A stretch of 64,000 nt of DNA from Rhynchobatus australiae (lineage: Eukaryota), in assembly GCA_034780895.1 (NCBI GenBank), contig JAUZTB010000042.1, forward strand, positions 28,942,624-29,006,623, given 5' to 3'. A program made the translations under genes and the position numbers. Under the pieces are notes generated by a model that saw only the letters and a program-made list of their open reading frames with translations, was not told the origin of the DNA and ran no database searches. Shown in pieces: positions 1 to 12,509 of the stretch; the first letter of the stretch is position 1, and each line of letters opens with the position of its first letter.

Positions 1-214
1 AATACAGACTGTGTAAAATGGTTCAGTGATAATCCACAGCAAATGTGGAGAATGGCAGGAACATTTTCACTTGAGATTTTCAGACCCATCCATACCAGTC
101 TAATTGATTCACTTTAGACCAACTTTCAGGTAACACTATAGGCTGGTGAAAAATCTGGTAAAAATGAGGAATTTTGCATGAATACAGTAGTTTGATTTTT
201 AAGTGAGTTCTAGT

Positions 215-1140
215 TAGTAAGTTTGTAGATAACATTAAAATAGGTGGCATTGTTGACGGTGAAGAAGGTTATCAAAAATTACAGGGGGATCTTGATCAGC
301 TGAGTAAATGGACCGAGGAATGGCAAATGGAGTTTAATTCAGTTAAGTGCGAGGTGTTGCATTTTGGAAAGTCAAATCAAGGTAAAAGTTTCACAGTGAA
401 CAGAAGGGCCCTGGGGAGTGTTGTAGAACAGGGGGACCTTGGAGTTCAAGTACGTGGTTCACTGAGAGTGAAGTCACAGGTAGATGGTGGTGAAGAATGC
501 TTTTGGCACGCTGGCCTTCATCAGTCAGGGCACTAAATATGACCTCCCTACTTTTAAAAGTAGGGAGGTCATGGTGCAGTTGTACAAGATGCTAGTGAGA
601 CCACACTTGGGCTTCTATGTTCAATTTTGGTCACCCTGCTATAGGAAGGATGTTATTAAATTGGAAAGAGTGCAGAAAAGATTTACAAGATGTTGCCAGG
701 ACTGGAGGGACTGAGTTATAGGGAGAGGTTAGACAGGCTTGGACTTTATTCTTTGGAGCATAGAAGGCAGGCGATCTTCTAGAGGTGTATAAAATCACGA
801 GGGGCGTAGATAAAGTGAATGCACTCGGTCTTTTTCCCAGAGTTGGGGAATCGAGAACTAGTGGGCACAGGTTTAAGGTGAAAGGGAAAAGATTTAATAG
901 GAACTTGAGGGGCAACTTTTTTTTTTCCACAAGACACTGGTACATATGTTGAATGAGCTGCCAGAGGACGTGGCTGAGGCAGGTACAATACAACTTTTAA
1001 AATAGATTTGGAAGGGTACATGGATAGGAAAGGCTGAGAAAGATATGGGCCAAACATTGGCCAACGGGACCAGGTTGGATGAGCATCTTAGTTGGCATGG
1101 ACCACTTGGCCAAAGGTCCTGTTTCCATTCTCTACGTCTC
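215..1140 (+). mobile_element. 5'-truncated CR1-clade LINE (RT C-terminus and 3' UTR), decayed
   Basis: Reads KFVD..KIGGIVD..EEGYQKLQGDLDQL..W...WQMEFNSVKCEVLHFG and LYKMLVRPHL...VQFWSPCYRKDVIKLERVQKRFTR, typical of CR1 ORF2, with frameshifts. The CR1-type 3' end (ggccaaaggtcctgtttcc) is present. Confidence 0.9.
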
Positions 1141-1915
1141 TAAATGAGCGGGCAAGAACTTGGCAGGTGGTGTAAAATGTGAGGAATTCCACTTTGGAAA
1201 GAAGAATGAAAAAGCAAATTATTATTTAAACAAAGTGAGACTACAGAATGTTGCAATACAGAGGGATATAGGGATCCAAGTACATGAAACGCAAAGAGTT
1301 AGCATACAGGTATAATAAGTAATTAAGAAAGCTATTGGAATTTTGGCCTTTATTGCAAGGGGTGTGGAGTAAAAAAAATTAGGGAAGCTTTGATTCAGCT
1401 TCACTGGGCCTTGGCGAGACTGCACCTGAAGTATTGCTTCCAGCTTTTGTCACCACATTTAAGGATGAATGTGCTTGCAGTAGAGCCTATGTGAAGAATG
1501 ATCACTATGTTGACTCTGGGGTGAGAGGGTTGGAATGTGAAGGAAGGCTGAGCAGGCTGGGCTCAGTGGGTTGTAGCAGAATGAGAGGTCATTTTCTAAG
1601 ATTCTGAGAGGGATTGACAAGGTGGAAGCTGAGCGGATGTTCTCCTGGTGAAGGTATCTGGAGCTAGGGAGGGCAGAGCTTCAGAATAAGGGTTGCTGTG
1701 GATTTCCAATGGATGCGAGAAGGAATTTCTTTATTAAGAGGTTGCAGAGCTCTGGAATTACTGAATATATTCAGGGTAGAAATTGACAGACATTTAAACA
1801 CCAAGGAAATAAAGAGAGAGGGAAAGTGGCATTGAGACCAAGATTACATCAGCCATGATCTTATTGAAAGCTGGAACAGGTTCAAAGGGCTACCAGGTCT
1901 ACTCCTGCTTACATT
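1141..1915 (+). mobile_element. Older CR1 LINE fragment with 3' end
   Basis: Degenerate copy of the same ORF2 C-terminal region (aagaaagctattggaattttggcctttattgcaagggg) and a tail (cagccatgatcttattgaa...ctactcctgct). Confidence 0.75.
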
Positions 1916-2074
1916 TTTTGTTGCAAAGACTTTGTATATGCCGGTATCTGCTGTTTTTGAAGGTTTCCTCCAATTTCCCCACCAGGGTTGGACCTTGACA
2001 GAACTTGCTGGAATTTTCATGACTTTTTTTTTAAAAAAATAGTGATCTTGGTGCTGGAAATCACCTTGCCGCGT

Positions 2075-2645
2075 GGGTCAGACCACACTTGGAGTATTGT
2101 GAGCAGTTTTGGGCCCCATATCTAAGGAAGGATATGCTGGCATTGGAGAGTGTCCAGAGGAGGTTTATGAGAATGATCCTGGGAATGAAANNNNNNNNNN
2201 NNNNNNNNNNNNNNNNTGGGCCTGTACTCTCTGGAGTTTAGAAGAATGGGAGGGGGGAGGGGGGGTCTTATTGAAACCTACTGAATATTGAAAGGCCTGG
2301 ATAGAGTGGACATGTGGAGAGGTTCCTCCCAGTAGTGGGAGAGTCTAGGACAAGAGGGCACAGCCTCACAATAGAAGGGCGTCCCTTTAGAACAGAGATG
2401 AGGAGGAGCCAGAGGGTGGTGAATCTGTGGCATTCATTGCCACAGACGGTTGTGGAGGCCCAGTCATTGCGTATATTTAAAGTGGAGGCCGATAGGTTTT
2501 TGATTAGTAAGGGCGTTCAAGTTTATGGGGGGAAGGCAGGAGAATGGAGTTAAAAAGGAAAAATAAATCAGCCATGATCAAATGGCAGAGTGGACTCAGT
2601 GGGCCAAATGTCCTAATTCTGCTCCTGTGTCTTATGTTCTTATGG
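2075..2645 (+). mobile_element. 5'-truncated CR1 LINE 3' end
   Basis: RPHLEYCEQFWAPYLRKDMLALE, GESRTRGHSL and RVVNLWHSLPQ motifs; 3' tail ctaattctgctcctgtgtcttatg. Confidence 0.88.
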
Positions 2646-2812
2646 TTTGAGAATATTGTTCAGCAGTGATGGATGAATATTGTTGGGCTATGACCTGAAT
2701 ATCGAGTTACTAAAAGCCATCAACTGATGTGAAGTTCTGCCAACTACTATTCTATTACATGTTTTGTTTAACTCCATTAATTGGTTTATCTTTTCCTTTC
2801 TGTTTTATGCAG

Positions 2813-2999
2813 CTAAACATACTCTGACGTACATTTCTCGGGTCCTTACTAGTCCGCAGTTGAAACTGAACCCCATCTTTACACCAAAGATCAAAGTGTA
2901 CTATTCTGAAGTCCCTTTTGATGTGGTGATAATAAAGATCAGAGCAGAAGCAGCCAACTGCCACTGTCAGGTGCATCTAGATGAGAAAAAGGGATCCAG
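2813..2999 (+). CDS. CPED1: CPED1 internal coding exon A (start of cadherin-like beta-sandwich region)
   Basis: Polypyrimidine tract with acceptor AG at 2811-2812 and donor GTAAAC at 3000; phases 1 to 2. Translation KHTLTYISRVLTSPQLKLNPIFTPKIKVYYSEVPFDVVIIKIRAEAANCHCQVHLDEKKGS resembles recalled vertebrate CPED1 ([23 protein letters not shown]). Confidence 0.93.
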
Positions 3000-3064
3000 G
3001 TAAACCATGCAGTTTGTAAAAGTAGCATAAAATGGTCTTTTCTGTCAAAAATTTTTATGAGATA

Positions 3065-4560
3065 TGTGTTTCAATAATCTGCCTTGTCATTGCCCATTCA
3101 CAAAGGAGTCTATATCTCTGAAGCCTTTCTGCTTTTTCCTCACAACCCACCCTGCCACCCAGCTTAGTATCATCGGCAAATTTAGAGCCGTCATCCAAAT
3201 GAGTGACGCAGATTGTGAATTGATGGGTCCTGTAGCAACCCACTAGTCGTGGTCTCCCAAAATGACCCATTTATTCTTTGTGTTTTTGGTCTGTTAACCA
3301 GTCCTCCATCAAAACAATATATTACCCAGAATCTAGTTGTTCTAATTTTGCTTAATAACCTCTTGTACAGCACTTTACTTAAAATCTTCTGAAAGTCCAA
3401 ATTCACCNNNNNNNNNNNNNNNNNNNNNNNNNNNNNNNNNNNNNNNNNNNNNNNNNNNNNNNNNNNNNNNNNNNNNNNNNNNNNNNNNNNNNNNNNNNNN
3501 NNNNNNNCCACACTGATTTCCCCTCAACCTCAAAAGAAGTCTTAATTTTGCAATCATTATTTTCCCTTCATAAATCCATGTTGACTCTGCTAAATCTTAT
3601 TATTATTTTCTAAGTGAGCCACCATCTCTTTCTCGATTTAGAGGTATTTGCTTTTTCCTGCTTGTGGCAAACAGGTCTGTAGATCTTCTCTCCCTCTTTT
3701 CTTAAATGCTGTTGCTACATTTGGTTACCTTCCAGTCAACAGGAAGTGTTCTAGAATCTATGGAGTTCTGGAAGATTACATCCACTACTGCAGGAGATTA
3801 GCAACTTTATTGAAACCTTAGAATGTTTATCTTCAGGTGCTGCGGACTTATCAGCTTTCAGATTTCTCCATTATTTTTAACCATAGCCAATTTCCTTCAT
3901 CTCTTCATTCACTCTGCACCTGTGTTTTTTTCCTGTGTTGTAGTCTTGTGAAGACAGACACAAAATAATGGTCTAACTTCTCTACCATCTTCTTCTTGCC
4001 CAATATGATTTCCCTTATGTTAATCAGTATGGGACCATATTAACTTTTGCTAGCCTTTTCCATTTAAATATCTATTGAAGGTTTTGCAGGCTGTCACATA
4101 AAAACTATTATTTTGCTCAGGTATTCTATTTCCCCTTATGCTTCTTGTGTTTCTTGGCTGAATTCTGAAATTTTCTCAATCATCAGATTTACCCTCTTCT
4201 ACCCTGCGATGTTATAAACCTTTCCTATTGATCTACTTCTATCTTTAACTTCTCACCCACAGTTGGGACAATTTTTCTAATGTTTTTGTGCCTTATAAAT
4301 GTGAGCCACTGCTTTTTTTACTGCAATGCAGGTGGTTTCCCAATCTATTAGAAGTCAATGCATGCTTCATGCCTTTATAGTTTGCCTTGCTTAGAATTAA
4401 TATCCTAGTTTCAGAATTAACTAAATCATTTTCAACATTTTGCATGAATTTCTAATATTGTGGTCACTGTTCCCTGAAAGACACTTAATTTGTCCTCCAC
4501 ATTATGACTGCCAATTTGGTTTGCCCAGCCCATGTGTTGATTTAAAGGCACCCATAATTA
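3065..4560 (-). mobile_element. Decayed CR1 LINE RT region, antisense, in intron A-B
   Basis: Minus-strand SKFADDTKLGGRVGCEE (RT FADD motif) and LDFQK...KV.YKRLLSKI. The distal part is highly degenerate and its boundary uncertain. Confidence 0.75.
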
Positions 4561-4801
4561 TATTATCCATGTTAGGTCTGCTTTTAATTTCCTGATGTAT
4601 ATGGTGCATTATGTTCCACGACATTTTGCTTTGGGGGTTGCAGGGGTTGCTGGCTATAGACAACTCCCACCAATGTCTTGGTGTTCCTTAGCTCCGCCCA
4701 GTTGTCTTCACACTTCTATCAGTAGTTTTTTTCTGTTGTTACATGAGGTTGCAGGTACCAGCATATTGCACAAATCCATGTTTCTTTTTTGTTAACCTCA
4801 G

Positions 4802-4970
4802 TTTCGCCAATTATCCTCTTGGCCTTGGAAACAACAGAATCCATATTCTGGTATCAGATGAGTCTCGTGCCAAACCTGCTATTGTAGCAACATACACCAT
4901 CAATGTTTACCGCCACAGCCGCCCCAGTCTGCCTGTACTTGATGGAAGTATTATGTGCAGTTTTTTGCAG
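4802..4970 (+). CDS. CPED1: CPED1 internal coding exon B (cadherin-like domain)
   Basis: Acceptor ttgttaacctcAG (4800-4801), donor GTAATC at 4971; phases 2 to 0. Translation FANYPLGLGNNRIHILVSDESRAKPAIVATYTINVYRHSRPSLPVLDGSIMCSFLQ matches CPED1 (FASYPLGLG...RPSLP...CGFVQ) and joins exon A in frame. Confidence 0.95.
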
Positions 4971-5855
4971 GTAATCATTTTAATGTGATTTTTGACAACT
5001 AGATATGATCAATTATTGATGAGGGGAAGTGAATAATTGTATAGTATTTAACATCTGAAATGAATGCACAGTCCCTGAATTGTAGAAGAGTAAACAAAGT
5101 TCATCAGTTTAACAGACTTAAAAAAAACTGAAGCTGTGAGTGTTGATACTGTGCTGACATTGGTTGAAGAGGCTCTGTGATACTTCAAGCTATTTCTCAG
5201 CAGATGATAATAGCTTTGAAGGAATATCAGGCAATAAGTTACTCAGAATCAGTGTTTGTCAGAGCAACATTAACTAGCTTATTGTTTGGATTCTTTCTGC
5301 AAAACAATAATGTGCAAAGTTTTAAAAGCAGTAAATAAAACAAATTGGGAGAAGAATGAATCGGAGGAAAATTAAATTATCTGGATTTTTCTATTTAGCA
5401 GATATTATAATTGTTCCAAAGAGCATATGTAGCCATCAATTCTAGTACTGCTTGCTTTCTTTTTTTGTTTGAATGTGTATTTTCGATGTTTGTTCACAGA
5501 CCCTAAGTTTGGATGTGTATATGAATGAGCAACTTTTTTGTATGTTGACTTAAAACCTAATGAAAATTATGCATATCTAAAGTGCAATTATTATTGCACA
5601 GTTTACTTCATCTTTTGGGGAAAACAGTTTGAGACTATTGTTAGTTGTGACAATTCTTATTTATTTCTTCATGGTTTATTGAAAAGTTACATTGCAAATT
5701 TTTCTGATGGATGATTACTATAAGTACAGTTGCTCTTGAACCACAATAACTCTCCCGTGCTGAATTTCGACAACAGTTTAAAAAAAATTAACTAATGGAC
5801 TTTAAAATCATTTGTAGTGTATAATTATGATCTGCTTGACTTTGGATCAAACACT

Positions 5856-5872
5856 TTGTGTGTGTGTGTGTA
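5856..5872. repeat. Short (TG)n microsatellite
   Basis: tgtgtgtgtgtgtgt read directly. Confidence 0.7.
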
Positions 5873-8800
5873 TGGAAAACTGTTTTGTTTCCCATGACTG
5901 AAAATGAAATCTATATTTTTTACTGTAACTTGTATGTGCATAGTGATGAAAGGTTCCACTGACAGCAAAGTAGTTACCATTTCATTTTGCTTCTGCTGAT
6001 TCTCAGTAAAGGTTAATTCTCTCTCCCCACAGAGACTGGCAGGATTGGTTAGTGAGTGAGCAACAGGTTTCATGCTTGTCCCCTTGGTAATCAAACACCT
6101 GTTCCAGTAGCACAAGGATAAATACAGTGTGAACTGATAGAGTCTTCCTTAGACACTTGATTAAACACAACTGGCATCATGCACAGGAGGAAAAGGTCAC
6201 TGACAGCAATGTGGCCTTTTCTCACAGTAGGAATCAGTTCAAATTCTAATCCAGGGTATTTCTTTCCAGTGTTCTTTTATGTTTAATCCCATTTGGATAT
6301 TCAAGTTTCAGTGCAAACTGATACTATGGTGAAGGTTACAAAGGCAGAAGCAAGGGATGTTACTTCCCCTCTACTAGTATATTTGAGTAATCCTGGGTTA
6401 AGTTCAAGGCCATTCAATTGAAAAGTGTACAGTTGATAACAACATAGCTTCTATGCTTTTCCCACATTTAGTATTTTTCAAAATCCTTAAACATTTTGTA
6501 AACCAAATTAGTGACAAACACTATAGAAGTTTGTTACCAAGCATTTTGTTAATAGATCGTCAGGTTAGTGGCAATATTGGGCAAGTACCAATTCATACTA
6601 AAGACAGAATTTATCCAAATGAAATTATGTGAATTTTTAATCCAGATACTTGTGTTTTCTTTAGGAGAGACCAATTCTCAATATTACAGATAGCTTTATT
6701 TCTAAATATGTGATATGTACTTGGAGCAAACAGAGAACATTTTGTTATTATTCTTGCCACATGAATGTTTCCCTTTTGTTCACTATCTAAGAAATGGTTT
6801 AACCCTCTTTCTGAAGCTGTAGATTTTTAAAACATAAAGACCATCTTTGTGAGCAGGTGCAAGTGAATTTAGGTGAATTATTTAATTAGAAAATTCTTTT
6901 CAGTTAAATTTATACTGGAATGAATCCTAAAAGATGTTTATGTAAAACATTTTTCACTTGGTATCTCCCTGAATACAGTTGTTATTTGGATAGGAATGCC
7001 TCGAAATGAACTGGACTTTTATTTTATTATCTTGAGAAAATAAGCCAGTATCTCACTAAATATTAGTCAACAGAAAAGATGTTGATCTATTGACTGTGAT
7101 AATGAAGTAAGGACTATGTGTTTTACTAAACAGAGCTACATGGTATATTTCTGTGTTATTAGTATTAATATATTAAGGGCTGAATCTTAACTCCTAAAAT
7201 TGATATTAAGGAGTTAAATTATAAATTACCTTCAACAAAAATTGAACCAGCCAATTGCTGATTTCAATGGAGATGGGGCAAGGAATATGGATAGTTTGAA
7301 ATTTATAAGGTGCATGCTTACAATCGCTGCTTAATCATAGCTCGCTAGGATTCCTTGGCTTTGCGGAAACTTGGCTTTGGTTGTGGATCAGAAGCAGCAG
7401 GAGTTTTCGCCAAGTTCAATAAGCTACCCAGTGACCATCTCTTCCCCACCCCATTGCCCAAACTGTCTGCTACCATCAAGAGAACTACTTTNNNNNNNNN
7501 NNNNNNNNNNNNNNNNNNNNNNNNNNNNNNNNNNNNNNNNNNNNNNNNNNNNATGAGATCTAGAGCCCTTGAATTTGAACCCTGCTCCATCATTGCAATC
7601 CCTCTTGTTGATGTTCACCTGTCCCTTTGGCTTCAGCCCTGTGAGGCAAGAGACCCACCTAAAAATGCACCAACCTGTCAGACAAGCTGTTTTTGAGCAA
7701 AGGTCCCAATTAAAGAGATCCCTGCATTTAAATTTTGTAGGACTTTTTGGAAATCCATTCTTATTTATCTCTTAACTTTGCAGGTCCTCTATGCTCTATC
7801 CTCCATTTGCTCACCAACCCTACACAGAACTTTCTATTGGCTTAAATCTAGATCAAAGAATTAACATCAAGTGTATGAACTGAAATTTTTTTTAAAGAGA
7901 TGAAGCAAATTACAGGATTTCAAAAACCTGTTAGTGCTGTAAGAGTTAATATAATGTTCTGCTGTTTTGCAAGAGAGGATAATGCAGTGACAATTATAAG
8001 GCTTTATCACTGTAACAACAGTTAGTATGTTCTTCTATTATTGCTTTCATCATTTACTATACTTTTTCCAAAATATAATTAATCTTGTCACTGGAATTTG
8101 TTATCAATCCTTTTTCTGGTTTCCCTGCTGTATAATCATCCATCTCCTTGAACCTTCCTTCATTTTGCTCAAGCAGTCAACACGGTGAAGGGTGTTTCTT
8201 GGCCTCTGATCTTTCTGCTAATATATAGTTCTAGTGACATGACATACACTTCCATAAAATTGCACAGGTTGCAACCCCACCTAGCAGCCAGTCTGAGAAT
8301 TGTTGACGCGTGCAATCACTAGAATTTTAGAACAATGGAAATAAATGTTGCTCTCGCTAACGAATGCTATCCAAGCACTATCTCTGTATTTAACAAAACA
8401 TAATGTACTGTGTGCCATTAACGAAAATCGTTGCTGTCACACCCATAAGTCAATCAATTGTCATCTAGTTACTGAAAGATTCAGATGTGAAGGCATGGTT
8501 ACTGATGAAGCGGATCATTGAAGTGTTGCTTGTGAGCTCCATGAAATATACAGAATGAAATAGTACGATGCTTGGAATTTGAGTTCCTGCCAAAGACCAT
8601 GGTGGATTGTACCCAACCAATTTCATCTACCAAGGAAACATCCTAAGCTTTTTCCTCCCGTCTTTCCAAAGCTAAATTGAACAAACTTCCACTTTATCCA
8701 AGGTGTCTTCAGTTACGCAAACCTAACCCTGCTGGGGAAGAGTTAATATTGTTCAGAAAATTTTTGCCAGAAATAAATGTCTGCATCTCATTAGACTGAT

Positions 8801-10744
8801 TAAAGAGGTTGATCTCTCAAAGAGAGTAATAAACTTGATGGCATTCCTTGTAATTTGGATTTCAGCTTTTGGGCACTTAAAGAATGTGCTTTTGGAATCA
8901 TTAATGTTGCCAACAAAAATGTAGGAAAGATCTCCAGATAATTAAATTCCTGTGTGTATAATTTAGTGGGATAGATTTTGAGTGCTGAGTCACTTGCTGA
9001 AGTGCCATTTTTTTGTGGCTTCAACAGTTTTGCTATTGCTGTTCACCATGGACGGAACTGTTTTGTGATTGTTAGCAGTTAAAGTATAAATACTTAGGAA
9101 ACCTATTACATAGCAATAAATCCATTGTGAATTTCTCATTGCTTTGTTTAGCAACATCATAAATACCTTTACCAAGATTACTTCTATTTAGTATTTCTGA
9201 GTGGTTATTTTAATGTGTCTGTACAATTTTGGCTAGAAATGTGAATAGAGAGAATCTTTGCAAAATATTGAAATGTTTTTAAGTGAGAGGAAATGCAAGA
9301 ATCTTAAGAATTCTGTCAGTGCCAAAAAGTATTAAGTATTTTATGAAATAGTATTGTCTCTGNNNNNNNNNNNNNNNNNNNNNNNNNNNNNNNNNNNNNN
9401 NNNNNNNNNNNNNNNNNNNNNNNNNNNNNNNNNNNNNNNNNNNNNNNNNNNNNNNNATCATCACATTCTGCTTGGGAGACTAGAAATTCCAGTGGAAGAA
9501 GAACTTGGTGGAACTTGAGGGTGGGGGGGGGGTAAGCATTTAAAAATGCACAAAAATTGATCCATTTTAGACATCCCAATTAAGCTGCATGGATTTCTAG
9601 GCCTCTGAATTTTATCTTTTATTTTGCTGGATTATTGCCGACCTGACCTTTCTGTCTCTTTAATGGTTTCTGGTAAGGTTATCGCAATATTATTTAGACA
9701 AAGCTGGGAATTATTTTTCAATGAGTCAATCAAAACAAGTTTAAGTACCTGGAACTTAACCTCAGTCATCTGGAAGGTCACTGTCAGGAACTGGAGATAG
9801 AAACCGATTTAAAATTGGGCCTTGTTTTAACCATGGTGGCAAGCTACCATGATCGTGATGCCTGTAGAGGCAGCTCAGCAAATGTTAGGAATTGACTAGT
9901 GCTTATTGCCTCACCAGTAATGTGGTAATTCTTGGGGGAAAGGAAAGAGGAGGATGCCAGAAGCTAAAAGAGGGCTAGCAGCCTCCTGCTGTAACTCATC
10001 TGCTCCTCCCAGCTCCATAAAGGAGGAGTTTTCCTTAAATAAAATGCATCCTCATCCTTTTTTTGGTTCCCTCCAGCAATGTCTTTTAGGGTGATTATAG
10101 GCATGGGAAAAGTTCTCCAGACAGTTCATGCTCAGCCTAGTTGCTCCATAACTTTGAACCAGTGCCCTGGAACATTTGTTAAATAGTTGAAAATTAAATT
10201 GACCCAATATTGCTTTCAGGTGGNNNNNNNNNNNNNNNNNNNNNNNNNNNNNNNNNNNNNNNNNNNNNNNNNNNNNNNNNNNNNNNNNNNNNNNNNNNNN
10301 NNNNNNNNNNNNNNNNNNNNNNNNNNNNNNNNNNNNNNNNNNNNNNNNNNNNNNNNNNNNNNNNNNNNNNNNNNNNNNNNNNNNNNNNNNNNNNNNNNNN
10401 NNNNNNNNNNNNNNGATAGCACTTTGACTATCCCTGGAGGCTGGTTTCTTGCTCATAAATGCTCTTGTCCACTTACCTCAATGCGTGGACCTTCCTCAAT
10501 GCTAGAAAGCTGAGAGATGCAGAGCTAAGAATCTACAGCAGGAGTCTCCAAAAATAAAGCTGACTCATAGTGATGCTGCTGTCCTTGCAACATTTTTTTG
10601 CATCAGTTGCTAGACCCTGGTATAAAAATCCATTGTGCTCTTACATAAGGGTCTTGATAGGAAGGTACAAAAATGTTGGTGTTTAAGCCATGGCTGATTT
10701 GTAGCTGCTGTCTTTGACTGATAATGTTTTATAATCAAGTTTCA

Positions 10745-11090
10745 CTCTGGAGATTTGAGTACAAACTAAAGGGTCATACCTCCCTGCAATCCTGAGGGAA
10801 TGGCACATTCTCAAAGGTACCATCTATTAGTTAAAGTATTAAACAGAACATAGCTCATGCTTGACCTAGTCTTGGGTGGGTAGGAAATTCTGCTACATTA
10901 CTTCAAAGTGGAAGTAGAGAATAATCTCTTTAGTATCTTGGCTAATATCACTAAAATTGATTATCAGGTTGTCAAATTGTTTTTGGGATTTGTTAAAATT
11001 GGTTGGTATGATCCTAAATTGCAACGTTACAATACTTCATTTATTGTAAAGGGCTTTGATGTTGTAAAAGATATAAATCAAATCTTCCTC
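10745..11090 (+). mobile_element. Decayed DeuSINE (SacSINE1/AmnSINE1-like)
   Basis: Colinear similarity to the recalled Deu-domain consensus: gatttgagtacaaa...ctgagggaatggcac...ttaaacag...ttggctaatat..cactaaaattgattatcagg...tacttcatttattgtaaagggcttt. Confidence 0.6.
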
Positions 11091-11924
11091 TAAACCCCTG
11101 TTACATATTTGTCAGTAACAACTGCTTGCAACCCACTAGTCATGGATTATATTCATTTTGGGTTAAGGTTGGCTGAAGAACAGAGTGAATAGTTCCAGAG
11201 ATGTGTGAACAGTGCCAAGCTATGCGCTGGAATTGCTGGAAGTCACGGTATTTGCCACTTGGGAAGCCTCAACACTCATATCAGTATACCATGGCTGCAA
11301 CAAAGCCCTGGATCTCTCCATTCTCTTGAATTTTCAGATTGACTGACATATTACAGATGTAGAGAGTGGAATACTTAACATGCCCTACCACATGCAAATA
11401 ATCATCTCTGTCTCACCGTGAGAAAAAGCACCCTAAACATTTGGCTTTGACCACTGTGGGATGTGGATCTCAAGTTTCCTCAGTCAAGGGCAAATCTTTT
11501 ATGTCCTCCAGTTATATAGTTTTGGCTCTTCAACTTTCCCCATCCTCTCATCACTTCTCTGCCTGTTTTGTGGGCATCGTCTTGTAATATATACCCTTTG
11601 TGTTGTGTAACTTTATCTGAGCAGGTGTGTTAAAACTGATGTTGAAATGCTGGGACGGTTTTGTTGAGGATGCTTTATAAATGGTGGCTGTGGCCCTACC
11701 AGTCTGCTCTATTAACAACTTCTCTTTAGTGATGCTGCTCTAATAAGGGAGTGTTTTCACAAAGCTTAATTCATGGAAGTTGCTAAGAATTAATGGAATT
11801 GAGGAGAATGTAACAGCTTGCTATAGAGTGGGTGGAGAACAATATTCACAGGCTGTTGTTGGCTTTAATAAAAAAAGCTCCAATTTTCTGATCTCCCAAT
11901 GCTTCCCAAATATTTCCATACAAT

Positions 11925-12225
11925 ATAGGAAGTCATTTTGCCCATCTAGTTTATGCTGCCTCACAGATCAACCCCATTCCTGCTCTAATTTTCCTTGTAA
12001 CATTTTCTCCCACATTCCCACTGATTCTACAACCCACTTACACATAAAGGGGCAATTTTACAATAACTAATTATCCTATGAACCTGCACATCTTTGGGAT
12101 GTGGGAGGAAACCAGGGGAAACTCAGGTGATCACAGAGAGAATGTGCACACTCCACACAGACAACACTGGCGGTCAGGATTGAACCTGGGCTGCTGCCGC
12201 TGTGAGGCAGGAGCACCACAAACTG
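11925..12225 (-). mobile_element. V-SINE/HE1-like tRNA-derived SINE
   Basis: Reverse complement of the V-domain core (catctttgggatgtgggaggaaacc...gagaatgtgcacactccacacagac) and of the B-box (caggattgaacctggg). Confidence 0.8.
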
Positions 12226-12509
12226 TGCCGGCACATACATTAAGCAGTGCGAGAACTTCCGCTTTGAGGGTGTTTAGGTGCTTGGATGGTGCACTTGTAA
12301 TTCCTCCACTTGTGGAACTGTGGCAGCTGCTATTCCTTCTGTGAGGAGAATGCAAATTAATTAAGGCAAGTGAGAGACTAATTTCACTTGCGTCCCTATT
12401 GACATTCCACAATGACGATGCTTTGTAGTACATGTTATTTTTGATCTTAAGATAATCATATACGGTTTCAGAAAATGTGATTTAAAAACAGTAGAATATC
12501 AAAGGCAAA

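Noticed and set aside
2764-2812. ORF-track extensions of CPED1 exons beyond the splice sites (also 4743-4801, 57350-57410 and 61743-61811)
   Set aside because: They translate polypyrimidine tracts and intron sequence, and CPED1 similarity starts at the AG acceptors.
7187-7217. 9-bp inverted repeat ttaactcct/aggagttaa
   Set aside because: Short, and probably part of an old transposon end or chance; no independent support for function.
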